A stretch of 64,000 nucleotides of DNA from Chitinophagales bacterium (GTDB lineage Bacteria > Bacteroidota > Bacteroidia > Chitinophagales > JADIYW01): assembly GCA_023957245.1 (NCBI GenBank), contig JAMLHJ010000005.1:309-64308 (forward strand). Reading direction: 5' to 3'. The notes under the pieces were generated by a model. The model did not search any database. It saw only the letters and a list, made by a program, of their open reading frames with translations, and had not been told where the DNA came from. The translations under genes and the position numbers were made by a program. Shown piece by piece: positions 28,700 to 40,069 of this stretch. Numbering within the stretch: position 1 is the first letter of the stretch; each line of letters starts with the position of its first letter.

Positions 28700-30673
28700 A
28701 TGAAACTCTTGTCATATACCCTTCTATTTTTTCTTATCATAGGCTCATATTCATTCAGCTATGGGAAAGATACGATTCCACAAGGAGAGGATTTGTGGCT
28801 GGAAGTACAGGCTGATACTTTCCCGTTTTCATTGACAGGAGATGCTATCAATACCTTGGCAGATGTTTATTTACTTTCCTATTATATCGCCATACAAAAA
28901 GCAGACTCCAACACAGCCCGTACAATAGCTCAAGCTTATTATTATAATTTACTGGCGAATAGACCTGCGGTTTGCGATAGCCTATTTTCCTCCTTATCGC
29001 CTACTGATTCAGCATATATTCATATCATGGGACACCAGGCACTCAAGGAGTATTCTGGATGTTTCGGTGTAAAATCTGCCCATTGTGATGAAGCTAAGAA
29101 AACAGTTTTACCTTTATTGAAATCTGCTTCCGAACAGAGTACTTTAATGCCCAAAGAACAATGGAAATGGCTCTATCAACTGATTACAGATTCGACCTCT
29201 TTTCTCAAGAGTGATATTACTCTCCAACTTGCCAATGATGGTATAGATTCATTAATACCTGCTTCAAAAGAAGGAGGAATATTGCGCTTTTCACTTTTTC
29301 CTAATCAGCAAAACTTATTGATTTCCAATGGTGTGAAGTCGCCAATACAGATATTACAATTGGACTCTATGTCTCAGTGGAAAGATATTACTGCAACAAC
29401 GGGACTAGCAAACTATCCAGGAGGAAGTCGCCTCTACAATATTGACTATAATGGAGATGGATGGGATGATTTATTCATTATCAGAAAATCTTCTATAATG
29501 AAAAACACTGCTAAATATTATTCCTCTTTATTAGTCAATCAAAAAGATGGAACATTAAAAGATATTTCTAAAGATTTGAAGTTAGATGCGCTGAAACGAG
29601 TCAATTGTGCATGTTGGGGAGATATCAATGAAGATGGACGATTGGATGTATTTTTAGGTTCGGAGTTTACTGGTTCAGTATGGCTTGAACAACAAGAAGA
29701 TGGGCAGTTTGTTAATAAAGCAAATAGTTATAATATACTGACAAGGAAACAAAATATAGTGGATTGTATGCTCACAGATTTGAATGAAGATGGTAAAAAT
29801 GATTTAATACTTTCTGTTTCAAGTGATTCCAATAGAGTATTTATACAAGAATTGGTTGACAATCAATATATTATCTTCAAAGATGATAAAGAAAAATATC
29901 AATTGAAAACACCTATTGCTTCTAGTCAAATCATCCAAATGGACTACCAACTCAATGGAGAAAGCGAATACTTGCTACAAGCCAATTACACCGATGATTA
30001 TCAGGCTGTTGCAGATATATTGACTGGGAAAGATACGATAGAAGCAGAACCAAGTTTGTTGTTCAGAGGTTCGGATAAGGGAATAAATGAAATCATCGCT
30101 AATCCTGAAACCTCATTTTTAAGAGCAGGCATACTCATATACTCGCCAGATAATAGCTATCTCTTGGGCTCAGGTGGTCAAAACACTGAATCTATTTATC
30201 CATTATTTGTTTATCAACTTACTGATTATGGTCAAAATATCAGCATGACTCATCCTGATTTGTGGCCTAGCTATATTCATAGTGCGACCGCATATACCGA
30301 CAAAAACAATCAACCTGTCTTGATATTTAAAGGAGGGGGCAATTATCCATTCATGGAGAATAGACAAGAGAGTTATCATATCCAAATGCCAGAAAAAGGA
30401 GAATTTGTAAGAATATTTGATAGAAGCACTGCTATTGCTGGTTCAAAAGTTCATTTTACATATATCGCTCCCAATGGAGACAAAAGTAAAAAAGTACAAA
30501 TCGTAAAGATTCCAGATAGCAGAGGATATTATGCATTACAAGAATGGCTATGGGTACCCAAAGGAGGAAAAATTGAAGATATTCAGATTGAACTCAAAAA
30601 AGGATTAGAACAAGCAGCTCCAACAAAAGCTGTTGAAAATCAATCTCCTAAGGGCAAGAAAAAGAAAAAATAA
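28700..30673 (+). CDS. FG-GAP/VCBS repeat-containing secreted protein with Lys-rich C-terminus
   Basis: Ca-binding FG-GAP-like motifs: DYNGDGWDDLFI, GDINEDGRLDVFLG, TDLNEDGKNDLIL. The start is set at the ATG giving signal peptide MKLLSYTLLFFLIIGSYSFSYG. The track ORF extends upstream and overlaps the previous gene. Confidence 0.8.
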   Translation: MKLLSYTLLFFLIIGSYSFSYGKDTIPQGEDLWLEVQADTFPFSLTGDAINTLADVYLLSYYIAIQKADSNTARTIAQAYYYNLLANRPAVCDSLFSSLSPTDSAYIHIMGHQALKEYSGCFGVKSAHCDEAKKTVLPLLKSASEQSTLMPKEQWKWLYQLITDSTSFLKSDITLQLANDGIDSLIPASKEGGILRFSLFPNQQNLLISNGVKSPIQILQLDSMSQWKDITATTGLANYPGGSRLYNIDYNGDGWDDLFIIRKSSIMKNTAKYYSSLLVNQKDGTLKDISKDLKLDALKRVNCACWGDINEDGRLDVFLGSEFTGSVWLEQQEDGQFVNKANSYNILTRKQNIVDCMLTDLNEDGKNDLILSVSSDSNRVFIQELVDNQYIIFKDDKEKYQLKTPIASSQIIQMDYQLNGESEYLLQANYTDDYQAVADILTGKDTIEAEPSLLFRGSDKGINEIIANPETSFLRAGILIYSPDNSYLLGSGGQNTESIYPLFVYQLTDYGQNISMTHPDLWPSYIHSATAYTDKNNQPVLIFKGGGNYPFMENRQESYHIQMPEKGEFVRIFDRSTAIAGSKVHFTYIAPNGDKSKKVQIVKIPDSRGYYALQEWLWVPKGGKIEDIQIELKKGLEQAAPTKAVENQSPKGKKKKK

Positions 30674-30742
30674 TTGCTTTAAAATTAAATACTAATAGAT
30701 GACTAGTCAAATTATCATCTATTCTCATCAAATTGTAATCGA

Positions 30743-33325
30743 ATGAAATATCCTTCATCTCTTTTTTGCTTATTGATATTGAATTTGTTTTCTCATCAGT
30801 TATTGGGGCAAAAGAAGTCATCTATATTACTCAGTCAAGAAACAATATTTTCTCCTGATGAATATACAGATATACAAATCAGTCCAGATGGCAAGTGGAT
30901 ATCATATATTCAAACTACTCAAAAAGGCAATGAATTATATATTTCAGCAACAGATAAAGATGTTTTAAGTCCCAATAATATTAGCGATTCACAAGGAGTC
31001 ACTTCTCAATATAAGTGGTCAGCAGATAGTAAAACACTTTTATTTGTCAGTAAAGACAATACTCAGGGAAAAGATATTTTATACTATAGAAGCATCTACA
31101 ATCCATTGTATAAAGACAAAAATGTAAGACTTTTTGAAGCTTCGTCCATACAAAACATCTATGTTGGACAGCAGGATTTTAATAAAGTTTTTGTAGAAAT
31201 AGCAGGAGAAAAAAACTTTTCAAATTCAACTCCACTTTATCAATTGAGCCTTTATGACAATCGTGTTCATGAAATAGAAACTACGACTTACAATACTATT
31301 CAATATATTTTCAACCCAAAAGATCAAATTGAATATTATATCACTCATGGGAAAAATGGAGAAAAATTTATTGTCAGAAATACAGAACAAAATCTATTGG
31401 ACACCTTATTTCAAGTTCCATTTTATAGCCAATTGAAGGATTTTCAATGGAACAAAGAGGGTACGATACTCTATTTTCTTTCAGAGGGTAATCAACAATC
31501 ATCCTCTCTTCAATTATATACAATAGATAGTACCCATCAAGTTCGTCAACATGGAAATCTCAAAGAAAATTTGGAACACGTACATTTAGATGCTCCACAT
31601 CAAGGCATTGCTGCATATCAATACGCTAATAGGACAGAATGGATAATGCCTTATTGGAAAACAATTAGTGATACATTACAAAAATATTTTCCTGATAAAA
31701 ATATTCAGTTATTAAATGTCAATTCGACACAACCTAAAATTTATTTTCTAACTTCTTCATCTATTTCCACACCAGATTTATATCAATATGAAGTGAGTTC
31801 TTCGTCTATTCAATTTATTTTAGCTACAAATCCTTCAATAAAGAAGATAAGTCAACAATTTTCTCCATCACAAAAAATTGTTTTCACAAGTAAGGATGGA
31901 ACAAAAGTCCAAGGTATGTTCAACTATCCATCACAACAGAAAGCCAAAAATCTTCCATTAGTGGTGTGGGTTAACGATAGGAGTCTATTTTCTAATACTG
32001 AAAATAAGTATCAGCCAGAAGTGCAATTTTTATTGAGTAGAGGATATGCTGTTTTGCAATTATTTTATCGCTCGCAACTAAGCAGTTCGACCAATCTATA
32101 TTCCTCTATGTTAGAAGATATTCAATCTGGTGTTCAGGCAATGATACAGAAAGGTACGATTGCGTCTGATTATATTGCTATCATGGGTCAAGGGATAGGT
32201 GGTTATTTAGCTACTGCTGCCACTGCATTCTATCCGCAATTGTTTAAAGCTGGAATTAATTTATTTGGCACTACTGACCTTCTATATTCATATCATTCTA
32301 CCCCTGATGAATGGAGCGACGAGAAAAGAAAAATTCAATACCTCTATGGAGGAAATATATCTGACGATATCTTACAAAAATACAGTTCTTCACAAGCCGT
32401 AGAAAGTATTCATACTCCTATGCTGATTGCTCAAGATTCTAGTCATCCAGATGTTTCATTACAAGCTATCAAAAGCATGGTGATACAATTGCACGACAAT
32501 AATGTTCCTGTGCAATATCTTTTTGCAAAAAATGAAAATTTTCAGTCTGCCAATTATAAACATACGCTTTATCTAGCAATCGAACAGTTTTTAGCTAAAT
32601 ATATTGGTGGAAAATTTAATTTTCTATCAGATGGAGCTACATCTGCAATTCAACAACTCAGTATTTCACCAGAAGTATTAAAAAGTGCTATTTGGAATAT
32701 CCAAAAAGTAGATACATTTCCTCAAATACAAAACCCTTTCCAACCTAAAGATTTATATTTTCAAGTAACTTACGAATTTCAAGGAGAGAAAAAGGAATAT
32801 GAATTGGCAAGAGAGGTAAATAAAAGCAATAATCGCTGGATAGTCAAAGATATTTTTAAAAATGATTTTCAACAACACGAAGAAGAAGTCTATTATACAC
32901 TATCAGGGCAAATCATTTATAGGGAAGCTCTGACTGCAAAAGATACGCTCCAGACCACCTTTAGCCAGGATACAATTTATTATAATAATCATCAAAATGT
33001 TTCAAAACAAAATACACCCAAAGCATATTTTGCACAAGTTGCTGGTTGGGATATTGTTGTTGGAACTTTACCTTTAGAGAAATACTATCATACCTATCAA
33101 TATCTGTATCAACCACTATCTAAGACATTCCAGCTTGTAGAAATCAGTGTTCTTACTGAAGATACTTATAATTATCAACCACATTTTGTCGTAAAAATTA
33201 TTAATACTGCTAATCCTGACGACTATACACTCATGTGGATAAACAAAAGTACTCGTCAGATGAGTAAGTCTGTACGACAAATTTCTGACAAGGGCCATTT
33301 GAAAATTTTCACTGAAAAAAAATAA
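30743..33325 (+). CDS. S9 (prolyl oligopeptidase/DPP) family protein with beta-propeller N-domain; catalytic Ser replaced (predicted inactive)
   Basis: 860 aa with a signal peptide. SPDGKWISY is a propeller motif. The alpha/beta-hydrolase region has IAIMGQGIGGYLA where S9 enzymes have GxSxGGY. There is a long extra C-terminal domain. Confidence 0.8.
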   Translation: MKYPSSLFCLLILNLFSHQLLGQKKSSILLSQETIFSPDEYTDIQISPDGKWISYIQTTQKGNELYISATDKDVLSPNNISDSQGVTSQYKWSADSKTLLFVSKDNTQGKDILYYRSIYNPLYKDKNVRLFEASSIQNIYVGQQDFNKVFVEIAGEKNFSNSTPLYQLSLYDNRVHEIETTTYNTIQYIFNPKDQIEYYITHGKNGEKFIVRNTEQNLLDTLFQVPFYSQLKDFQWNKEGTILYFLSEGNQQSSSLQLYTIDSTHQVRQHGNLKENLEHVHLDAPHQGIAAYQYANRTEWIMPYWKTISDTLQKYFPDKNIQLLNVNSTQPKIYFLTSSSISTPDLYQYEVSSSSIQFILATNPSIKKISQQFSPSQKIVFTSKDGTKVQGMFNYPSQQKAKNLPLVVWVNDRSLFSNTENKYQPEVQFLLSRGYAVLQLFYRSQLSSSTNLYSSMLEDIQSGVQAMIQKGTIASDYIAIMGQGIGGYLATAATAFYPQLFKAGINLFGTTDLLYSYHSTPDEWSDEKRKIQYLYGGNISDDILQKYSSSQAVESIHTPMLIAQDSSHPDVSLQAIKSMVIQLHDNNVPVQYLFAKNENFQSANYKHTLYLAIEQFLAKYIGGKFNFLSDGATSAIQQLSISPEVLKSAIWNIQKVDTFPQIQNPFQPKDLYFQVTYEFQGEKKEYELAREVNKSNNRWIVKDIFKNDFQQHEEEVYYTLSGQIIYREALTAKDTLQTTFSQDTIYYNNHQNVSKQNTPKAYFAQVAGWDIVVGTLPLEKYYHTYQYLYQPLSKTFQLVEISVLTEDTYNYQPHFVVKIINTANPDDYTLMWINKSTRQMSKSVRQISDKGHLKIFTEKK

Positions 33326-33338
33326 GGTTTAAAAAAAA

Positions 33339-33509
33339 CTATTACACAAAATACACAAAGCAATTCTTTGAGAAACTTCGTTCTTCTTTGTGAACCTTTG
33401 GTATAATTTGACGACAATATTATTTAGGGTAGCTCCTACGGAGCAATAGTTGGTTGATTATTTTTTCTTACCAAGCGGTAGCCTCTACGAGGCAAATTCA
33501 ATCATCAGC
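33339..33509 (-). repeat. repeat element B, inverted copy 2
   Basis: Reverse complement of 25162-25354 by hand alignment, with a few indels. A partial third copy lies at about 33868-33960. Confidence 0.85.
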
Positions 33510-33591
33510 TCTTTCATCTCTCATCTCTCATCTCACCACATCTTCAAATCTCCAAATCTTCACATCTCCACATTGTCTCATTATTTTTTCT
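33510..33591. repeat. STR block (reverse-complement forms of GTGAGAT / GGAGAT / GAAGAT units)
   Basis: TCTTTCATCTCTCATCTCTCATCTCACCACATCTTCAAATCTCCAAATCTTCACATCTCCACA is the complement of the STR blocks seen at 21283-21310 and 25372-25411. Confidence 0.75.
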
Positions 33592-33858
33592 TCATACTTT
33601 TCTTTAGAAGAAAAAGTATGCAAAAGCACTTCGACAAACTCAGTGACCAGCACCGGATTTTTCGCTGACCCACTAAATACTTGAAAGCTATTTCTTCAAA
33701 ACTCAACTTCGTCTCAAACAGTTGAAGAAATTACGCTTTCTTCGTATAGTGGGTGCCCAGTATCAAAATCTATGGTGCAGGGCGCATTCGCAACGTGTAG
33801 TTCTGTCATCACTCCGTGAACTTTGTGTAGAACCTTTGTGTGCTTTGCGGTTAATTTT
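33592..33858 (-). repeat. repeat element A, inverted copy 2
   Basis: Reverse complement of 20881-21138. Both the closing stem and the GAAGAAA/TTTCTTC hairpin are retained. Confidence 0.85.
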
Positions 33859-34005
33859 AAAAACTATTACACAACAGACACTAAGAAGGTACAAAATACA
33901 CAAAGCAATTCTTTGAGAAACTTCGTTCTTTTTTGTGAAACTTTGTGGTATAACTTAGCGTTCTTTGCAGTTAATTCGAGAACCTCAACCACCTGCATTT
34001 TAATT
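33859..34005. repeat. partial element B copy plus inverted core (GCAGGTGGTTGAGGTTCTCGAATTAACTGCAAAG on the minus strand)
   Basis: Hand alignment to 25260-25354 and to the cores at 21163 and 27765. Confidence 0.75.
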
Positions 34006-34080
34006 TTTCCTCTAGGTTTCGAGAAGCTAAGTGACCCTAGTTATGATGGGTAAAAAACAATATTTCGGGATATTGATATG

Positions 34081-35610
34081 CTAATCTTCGTCATCAAAAT
34101 TAATAGGAAGAGAGGCTCTAAGCCTTCTTTTGATTTCTTCGTTATAATTTTCTAGAAGCCAATTGAAATAATTTTTTGTACTCTTTGCAGTACAATTGGT
34201 ATAAACACTCAATCGGTATTTGATTTCATCTTGTAAGATTTTCAATAAATCTAAGCCGTGAAATAAATCTTCAGCGTTTTCCAAGATTCTATTAAAATGG
34301 TCATCTACAGATAAGTCAATAGCTTCAATCGTCTTTTTGCCTTTGGAGAGAAGGAAATAATATTCTTCTTCCATATCAAAATCAAAAGTATCAGTTTTGG
34401 GAAAGTTCAATTTTACCTCTTCTGGCAAAACATACATTAAACCCTTATCCAATTTTTCTTCTCTTTCTACTAGATGCTCTAGGAATCTTTCGGGATTGAC
34501 AAAAACATCTTGCCAATCAATATAATCTTGCCACAGACCTAATCTACGTGCATTATTACCTAGGTCAATAATTGTAAACTGGTCTTTATTATCTAATTTT
34601 CTACTACCACGTCCAACCATTTGGTGATAAAGTGTTAGAGAACGAGTAGCACGATTGAGGATTATTGTTTCCACAGTAGGCTCATCAAATCCCGTTGTCA
34701 AAATACCTACTGAAGTGATAATCGCATCAGGAGTATCTCTGAACCATTCTAGTGTTTCTTTCCTCTCTTGCTTATTATTGGTGCTATCCAAATGGCGAAT
34801 TTCAAAACCTGCATCATCAAAAAGACGCTCAACTTGTTTGGACATTGCAATACTACTATTGAAAATCAGTGTTTTAGTTCCAAGCGCCTTTTCTTTATAA
34901 GCAGCGATTAACCTTTCCTGCATTTCATAACCGCTATAAATTCTATCTAAAGAACTTACAGTATAATCGCCATCCATTCCTATTTTCAATCCACCTAAAT
35001 GAACATCATAGGTAAACGTAGTAGAAGAGCTTAAAAACCCCTTCTCAACTAGTTCTTTGATACTATCCCCTATAATTAACTTAGAATAATTGTCTTTGAG
35101 GGGCAATTGCTGATTGGAACTGAGAGGTGTTGCAGTAACTCCCAATATAATTGTTCCTTTAAAGTAGTGAAAGATTTTTCTAAATGAATTGTAATGAGCT
35201 TCATCGACAATCACCAATTCAATATCTTTCAGATAACAGCCATCAGATTTAAGGCGATTATTGAGCGTCTCGACCATTGCCAAAAAGCACATAAAGTTTT
35301 CTTGATCGTCCAAATCTCCAACTTCGCTAATAATTAATTTAGAAGGGACATTGGCTTCTTCTAATGCATTGGCTGTCTGTTTTAACAACTCAATTCTATG
35401 CGTCAAAATAAGTACTTTACCTCCACTCTGATTAATGAATCTTCTGGCAATCTCAGCAAAGATTACAGTCTTACCTCCTCCAGTAGGCAATTGAAATAAA
35501 AGATTTTCCTTCACAGGATTATCTGTCAAGTGCTGAAAAATCTTTTCAATATAAACTTCCTGATATGGATAAAGTTTCCTCGCGGTCTGAGGGCGCTCAA
35601 AAATCATCAT
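34081..35610 (-). CDS. superfamily-2 DEAD/DEAH-box helicase (type III restriction Res-subunit-like core) with uncharacterised C-terminal domain
   Basis: 509 aa. Walker A is LPTGGGKTVIFAEIA, motif II is VIVDEAHY, motif III-like is GVTATP, and motif VI is QMVGRGSR. The C-terminal ~140 aa were not recognised. Confidence 0.85.
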   Translation of the reverse strand: MMIFERPQTARKLYPYQEVYIEKIFQHLTDNPVKENLLFQLPTGGGKTVIFAEIARRFINQSGGKVLILTHRIELLKQTANALEEANVPSKLIISEVGDLDDQENFMCFLAMVETLNNRLKSDGCYLKDIELVIVDEAHYNSFRKIFHYFKGTIILGVTATPLSSNQQLPLKDNYSKLIIGDSIKELVEKGFLSSSTTFTYDVHLGGLKIGMDGDYTVSSLDRIYSGYEMQERLIAAYKEKALGTKTLIFNSSIAMSKQVERLFDDAGFEIRHLDSTNNKQERKETLEWFRDTPDAIITSVGILTTGFDEPTVETIILNRATRSLTLYHQMVGRGSRKLDNKDQFTIIDLGNNARRLGLWQDYIDWQDVFVNPERFLEHLVEREEKLDKGLMYVLPEEVKLNFPKTDTFDFDMEEEYYFLLSKGKKTIEAIDLSVDDHFNRILENAEDLFHGLDLLKILQDEIKYRLSVYTNCTAKSTKNYFNWLLENYNEEIKRRLRASLPINFDDED

Positions 35611-35754
35611 TTAACTGTTCTCCTGTAAATATTTTTATTCTAAAAGCGAATGTGCAAAGTTGCACAATTAAAATCAATCTATGTTCATCTCTATTTATAT
35701 TTCAAATTAAGTTCACTTCTATTTGATAAAAGTTTAAAACCAAAAATTGAAATA

Positions 35755-37797
<2,043 letters not shown>

Positions 37798-38040
37798 TTA
37801 GCGACCCAATATAACAAATAATTCCCTTTCAAACTTTAATCAATGCAAGAAATACAAAAACTTGACATCTAATTAGGATGAATCTAAATAGTAATATAGA
37901 AAAAGAAAATAATTTGCTTTTTAATTTAATAATATGTATATTTCGTTAAATAAAAAATATTATATCGTGAATAAGTATTTTTTGATTGTATCTTCAAATG
38001 TAAAGTTTTTAGTGTTTCTATCCTTTTTTATCAGCAGACG

Positions 38041-38253
38041 GTCATCGCTTATACCATTCCTGAGAATTGCCGGAACAGTAGTATTCATATCTACAATCTG
38101 AACGGTGCAGAACTCAGAAGCTATGCCATCTCACAGAAAGGGAGAGGCAGCATTACTGTGGATGCAGGTAGCCTGAAAGCAGGTATGTATCTCTATACGC
38201 TGATATGTAACGGCAAGGAAGTAGCTACCAAGAAAATGATTCTAACGAATTAA
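38041..38253 (+). pseudogene. orphan T9SS C-terminal sorting domain fragment (5'-truncated gene remnant)
   Basis: The frame translates to VIAYTIPENCRNSSIHIYNLNGAELRSYAISQKGRGSITVDAGSLKAGMYLYTLICNGKEVATKKMILTN*. IYNLNG and GMYLYTL...K.V.TKKMIL are classic T9SS CTD strands. There is no usable start codon, and an in-frame stop lies at 37972. GC is visibly higher than in the flanking DNA. Confidence 0.65.
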
Positions 38254-38266
38254 AAAGGTGTCAGCG

Positions 38267-40057
38267 ATGAAAAAATTATATTTAATAGCTTTGTTGCTGT
38301 CTATCTGCCTGACAGATAAAAGTGCAATGGCACAAGACGAACCCAAAGAGGAAAAGCCTCAATACATTGTGGAAATAGACTCGCAGTTCATCAAGGCTAC
38401 GCCTTATGAGATTAGTTTTGAAAACGGCAAAGAAATTCACCATGATGAAAATGTGGAATGGTACACAGATGCTCAGATTTATAGTTTTATTCCAAAAATG
38501 ATGGATGAAAATGGAAATATTATGGAATCACAAAGTTTATATCCTGCAATATTTTTATTATCTGGCGGTGCCTTTGTACAAAAAGATAATCAAGCGGAAT
38601 TAAACCCTTCGAATAATAGTTTGCACGATAATTTAAAATTAGCTAAAAAGCTAGCTAATGCAGGATATATTGTTAAATGGATAAATTATGGAGTTGAAAC
38701 AAATGCATTTCATAAACTTAAGATTTTGGGGTTATTAATCAATGCTAATTGTTCTTTCTTAAATGGCAGTGAAGCAAAAGCGAGATTAGAACACGCATCA
38801 TTAAAGTCGTTCAGGGATTTTAGGGTAAAGTTTAAACAAGAAATCAATAATGCAAATAATTATATTGATCCAAACAATGTATTTGTAGCCGGAATAAGTG
38901 CAGGAGCTATTTTAGCAATTTATTCTGTTTTCTTAGATCAAAATGAAATCCCTACAAGTATTCCATATTCAAATTGTGATAATGATTCCCAAACTCCAAT
39001 CCTTACAGGGGCTAATGTGATTAGTCAAGGATATCCCATGCCTAATATAAAAGGTATCATTCCTATGGCAGGTGGTAGCTTATATAATAATATATTTTCT
39101 AACAATACAACTAATACAAATAATGTTGCTGTAAATTTCATGCATGGTACTTGTGATGAACTTCTCAATCAAAATCAAGGAAGAGTAAGTTATAAATTTA
39201 CCGATGACAGCAGTTGCCCATATACATTTTATTACAATACAAATATAGTAAGCTTATATCCTCATGTTTATAGTTCAAAATATTTATATAATTTGTTGAC
39301 TTTAAATCATAATAAAATAGGATTTGGGCAAGTTATTAATGGAGGACATGGGGTTTTCGGAGCAAGTTTAAACCCTGATAATTTCTGTATAGGATCTTGG
39401 GATTTTATGCAAACTAAAATTCAATCGTCACCCTATATACCTGACATGAGTTTGTCCATCAATCAAAGAGATATAGTATTTCAAAACATTCATTATTTCA
39501 TGGAAAGTGCAATGGGCAAGCTGGGATATCCTGCGTGGGCGAACCATGCCTATTCCGTATTCCCAGATAAGCCCACTCCTGGATGTTTGTCTGATGATCT
39601 CTCTTTAATCACCCCTCCAATAATTACTGTCGATTCTGTTTGTGGTACTGTATCCGCCACCGTGAGCAATCCTCCTGCGTGGGCTACTTTCTCATGGACG
39701 GTATCGCCCAACCTACAGATAGTGGGATCTAATACAGGATCTGCCATTTCGTATAAAAGCCTTAGCACTGGCAGTGCTTGGGTAAGAGTCTCTGTGGGCT
39801 ATGGAGGCGGAGTGAACATTCCTGTGACCAAAAACGTATTAGTACCTGCCACCTGCCCGACATCGTGCAACAGCATTTTATATTATGATAACCAAACAGT
39901 GAGCATCAACACCAATATCGTACATTGCGGTCACATCCACTCACAAAATGTAGCGGTCAACAGCGGAGTGTCGCTTGCTTTGGATGCAATGGGATATGTG
40001 CTGATTCCCAGTAATTTTGAAGTACCCATAGATGCTACATTAAACATTAACCCTTGA
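38267..40057 (+). CDS. secreted alpha/beta-hydrolase (esterase/lipase-like) with C-terminal beta-rich domain
   Basis: Signal peptide MKKLYLIALLLSICLTDKSAMAQ. Nucleophile elbow VAGISAGAI (GxSxG). The C-terminal ~170 aa are encoded by a visibly more GC-rich segment. The track start at GTG 38258 is also possible. Confidence 0.72.
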   Translation: MKKLYLIALLLSICLTDKSAMAQDEPKEEKPQYIVEIDSQFIKATPYEISFENGKEIHHDENVEWYTDAQIYSFIPKMMDENGNIMESQSLYPAIFLLSGGAFVQKDNQAELNPSNNSLHDNLKLAKKLANAGYIVKWINYGVETNAFHKLKILGLLINANCSFLNGSEAKARLEHASLKSFRDFRVKFKQEINNANNYIDPNNVFVAGISAGAILAIYSVFLDQNEIPTSIPYSNCDNDSQTPILTGANVISQGYPMPNIKGIIPMAGGSLYNNIFSNNTTNTNNVAVNFMHGTCDELLNQNQGRVSYKFTDDSSCPYTFYYNTNIVSLYPHVYSSKYLYNLLTLNHNKIGFGQVINGGHGVFGASLNPDNFCIGSWDFMQTKIQSSPYIPDMSLSINQRDIVFQNIHYFMESAMGKLGYPAWANHAYSVFPDKPTPGCLSDDLSLITPPIITVDSVCGTVSATVSNPPAWATFSWTVSPNLQIVGSNTGSAISYKSLSTGSAWVRVSVGYGGGVNIPVTKNVLVPATCPTSCNSILYYDNQTVSINTNIVHCGHIHSQNVAVNSGVSLALDAMGYVLIPSNFEVPIDATLNINP

Positions 40058-40069
40058 AAATATACAATC

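Noticed and set aside
33450-34053. Short ORFs (64-76 aa) in the 33.3-34.1 kb intergenic region, and 20694-20894 on the minus strand
   Set aside because: They lie entirely within repeat elements A and B and the mosaic modules. The same peptides would arise at every repeat copy, and no start or RBS context is evident.
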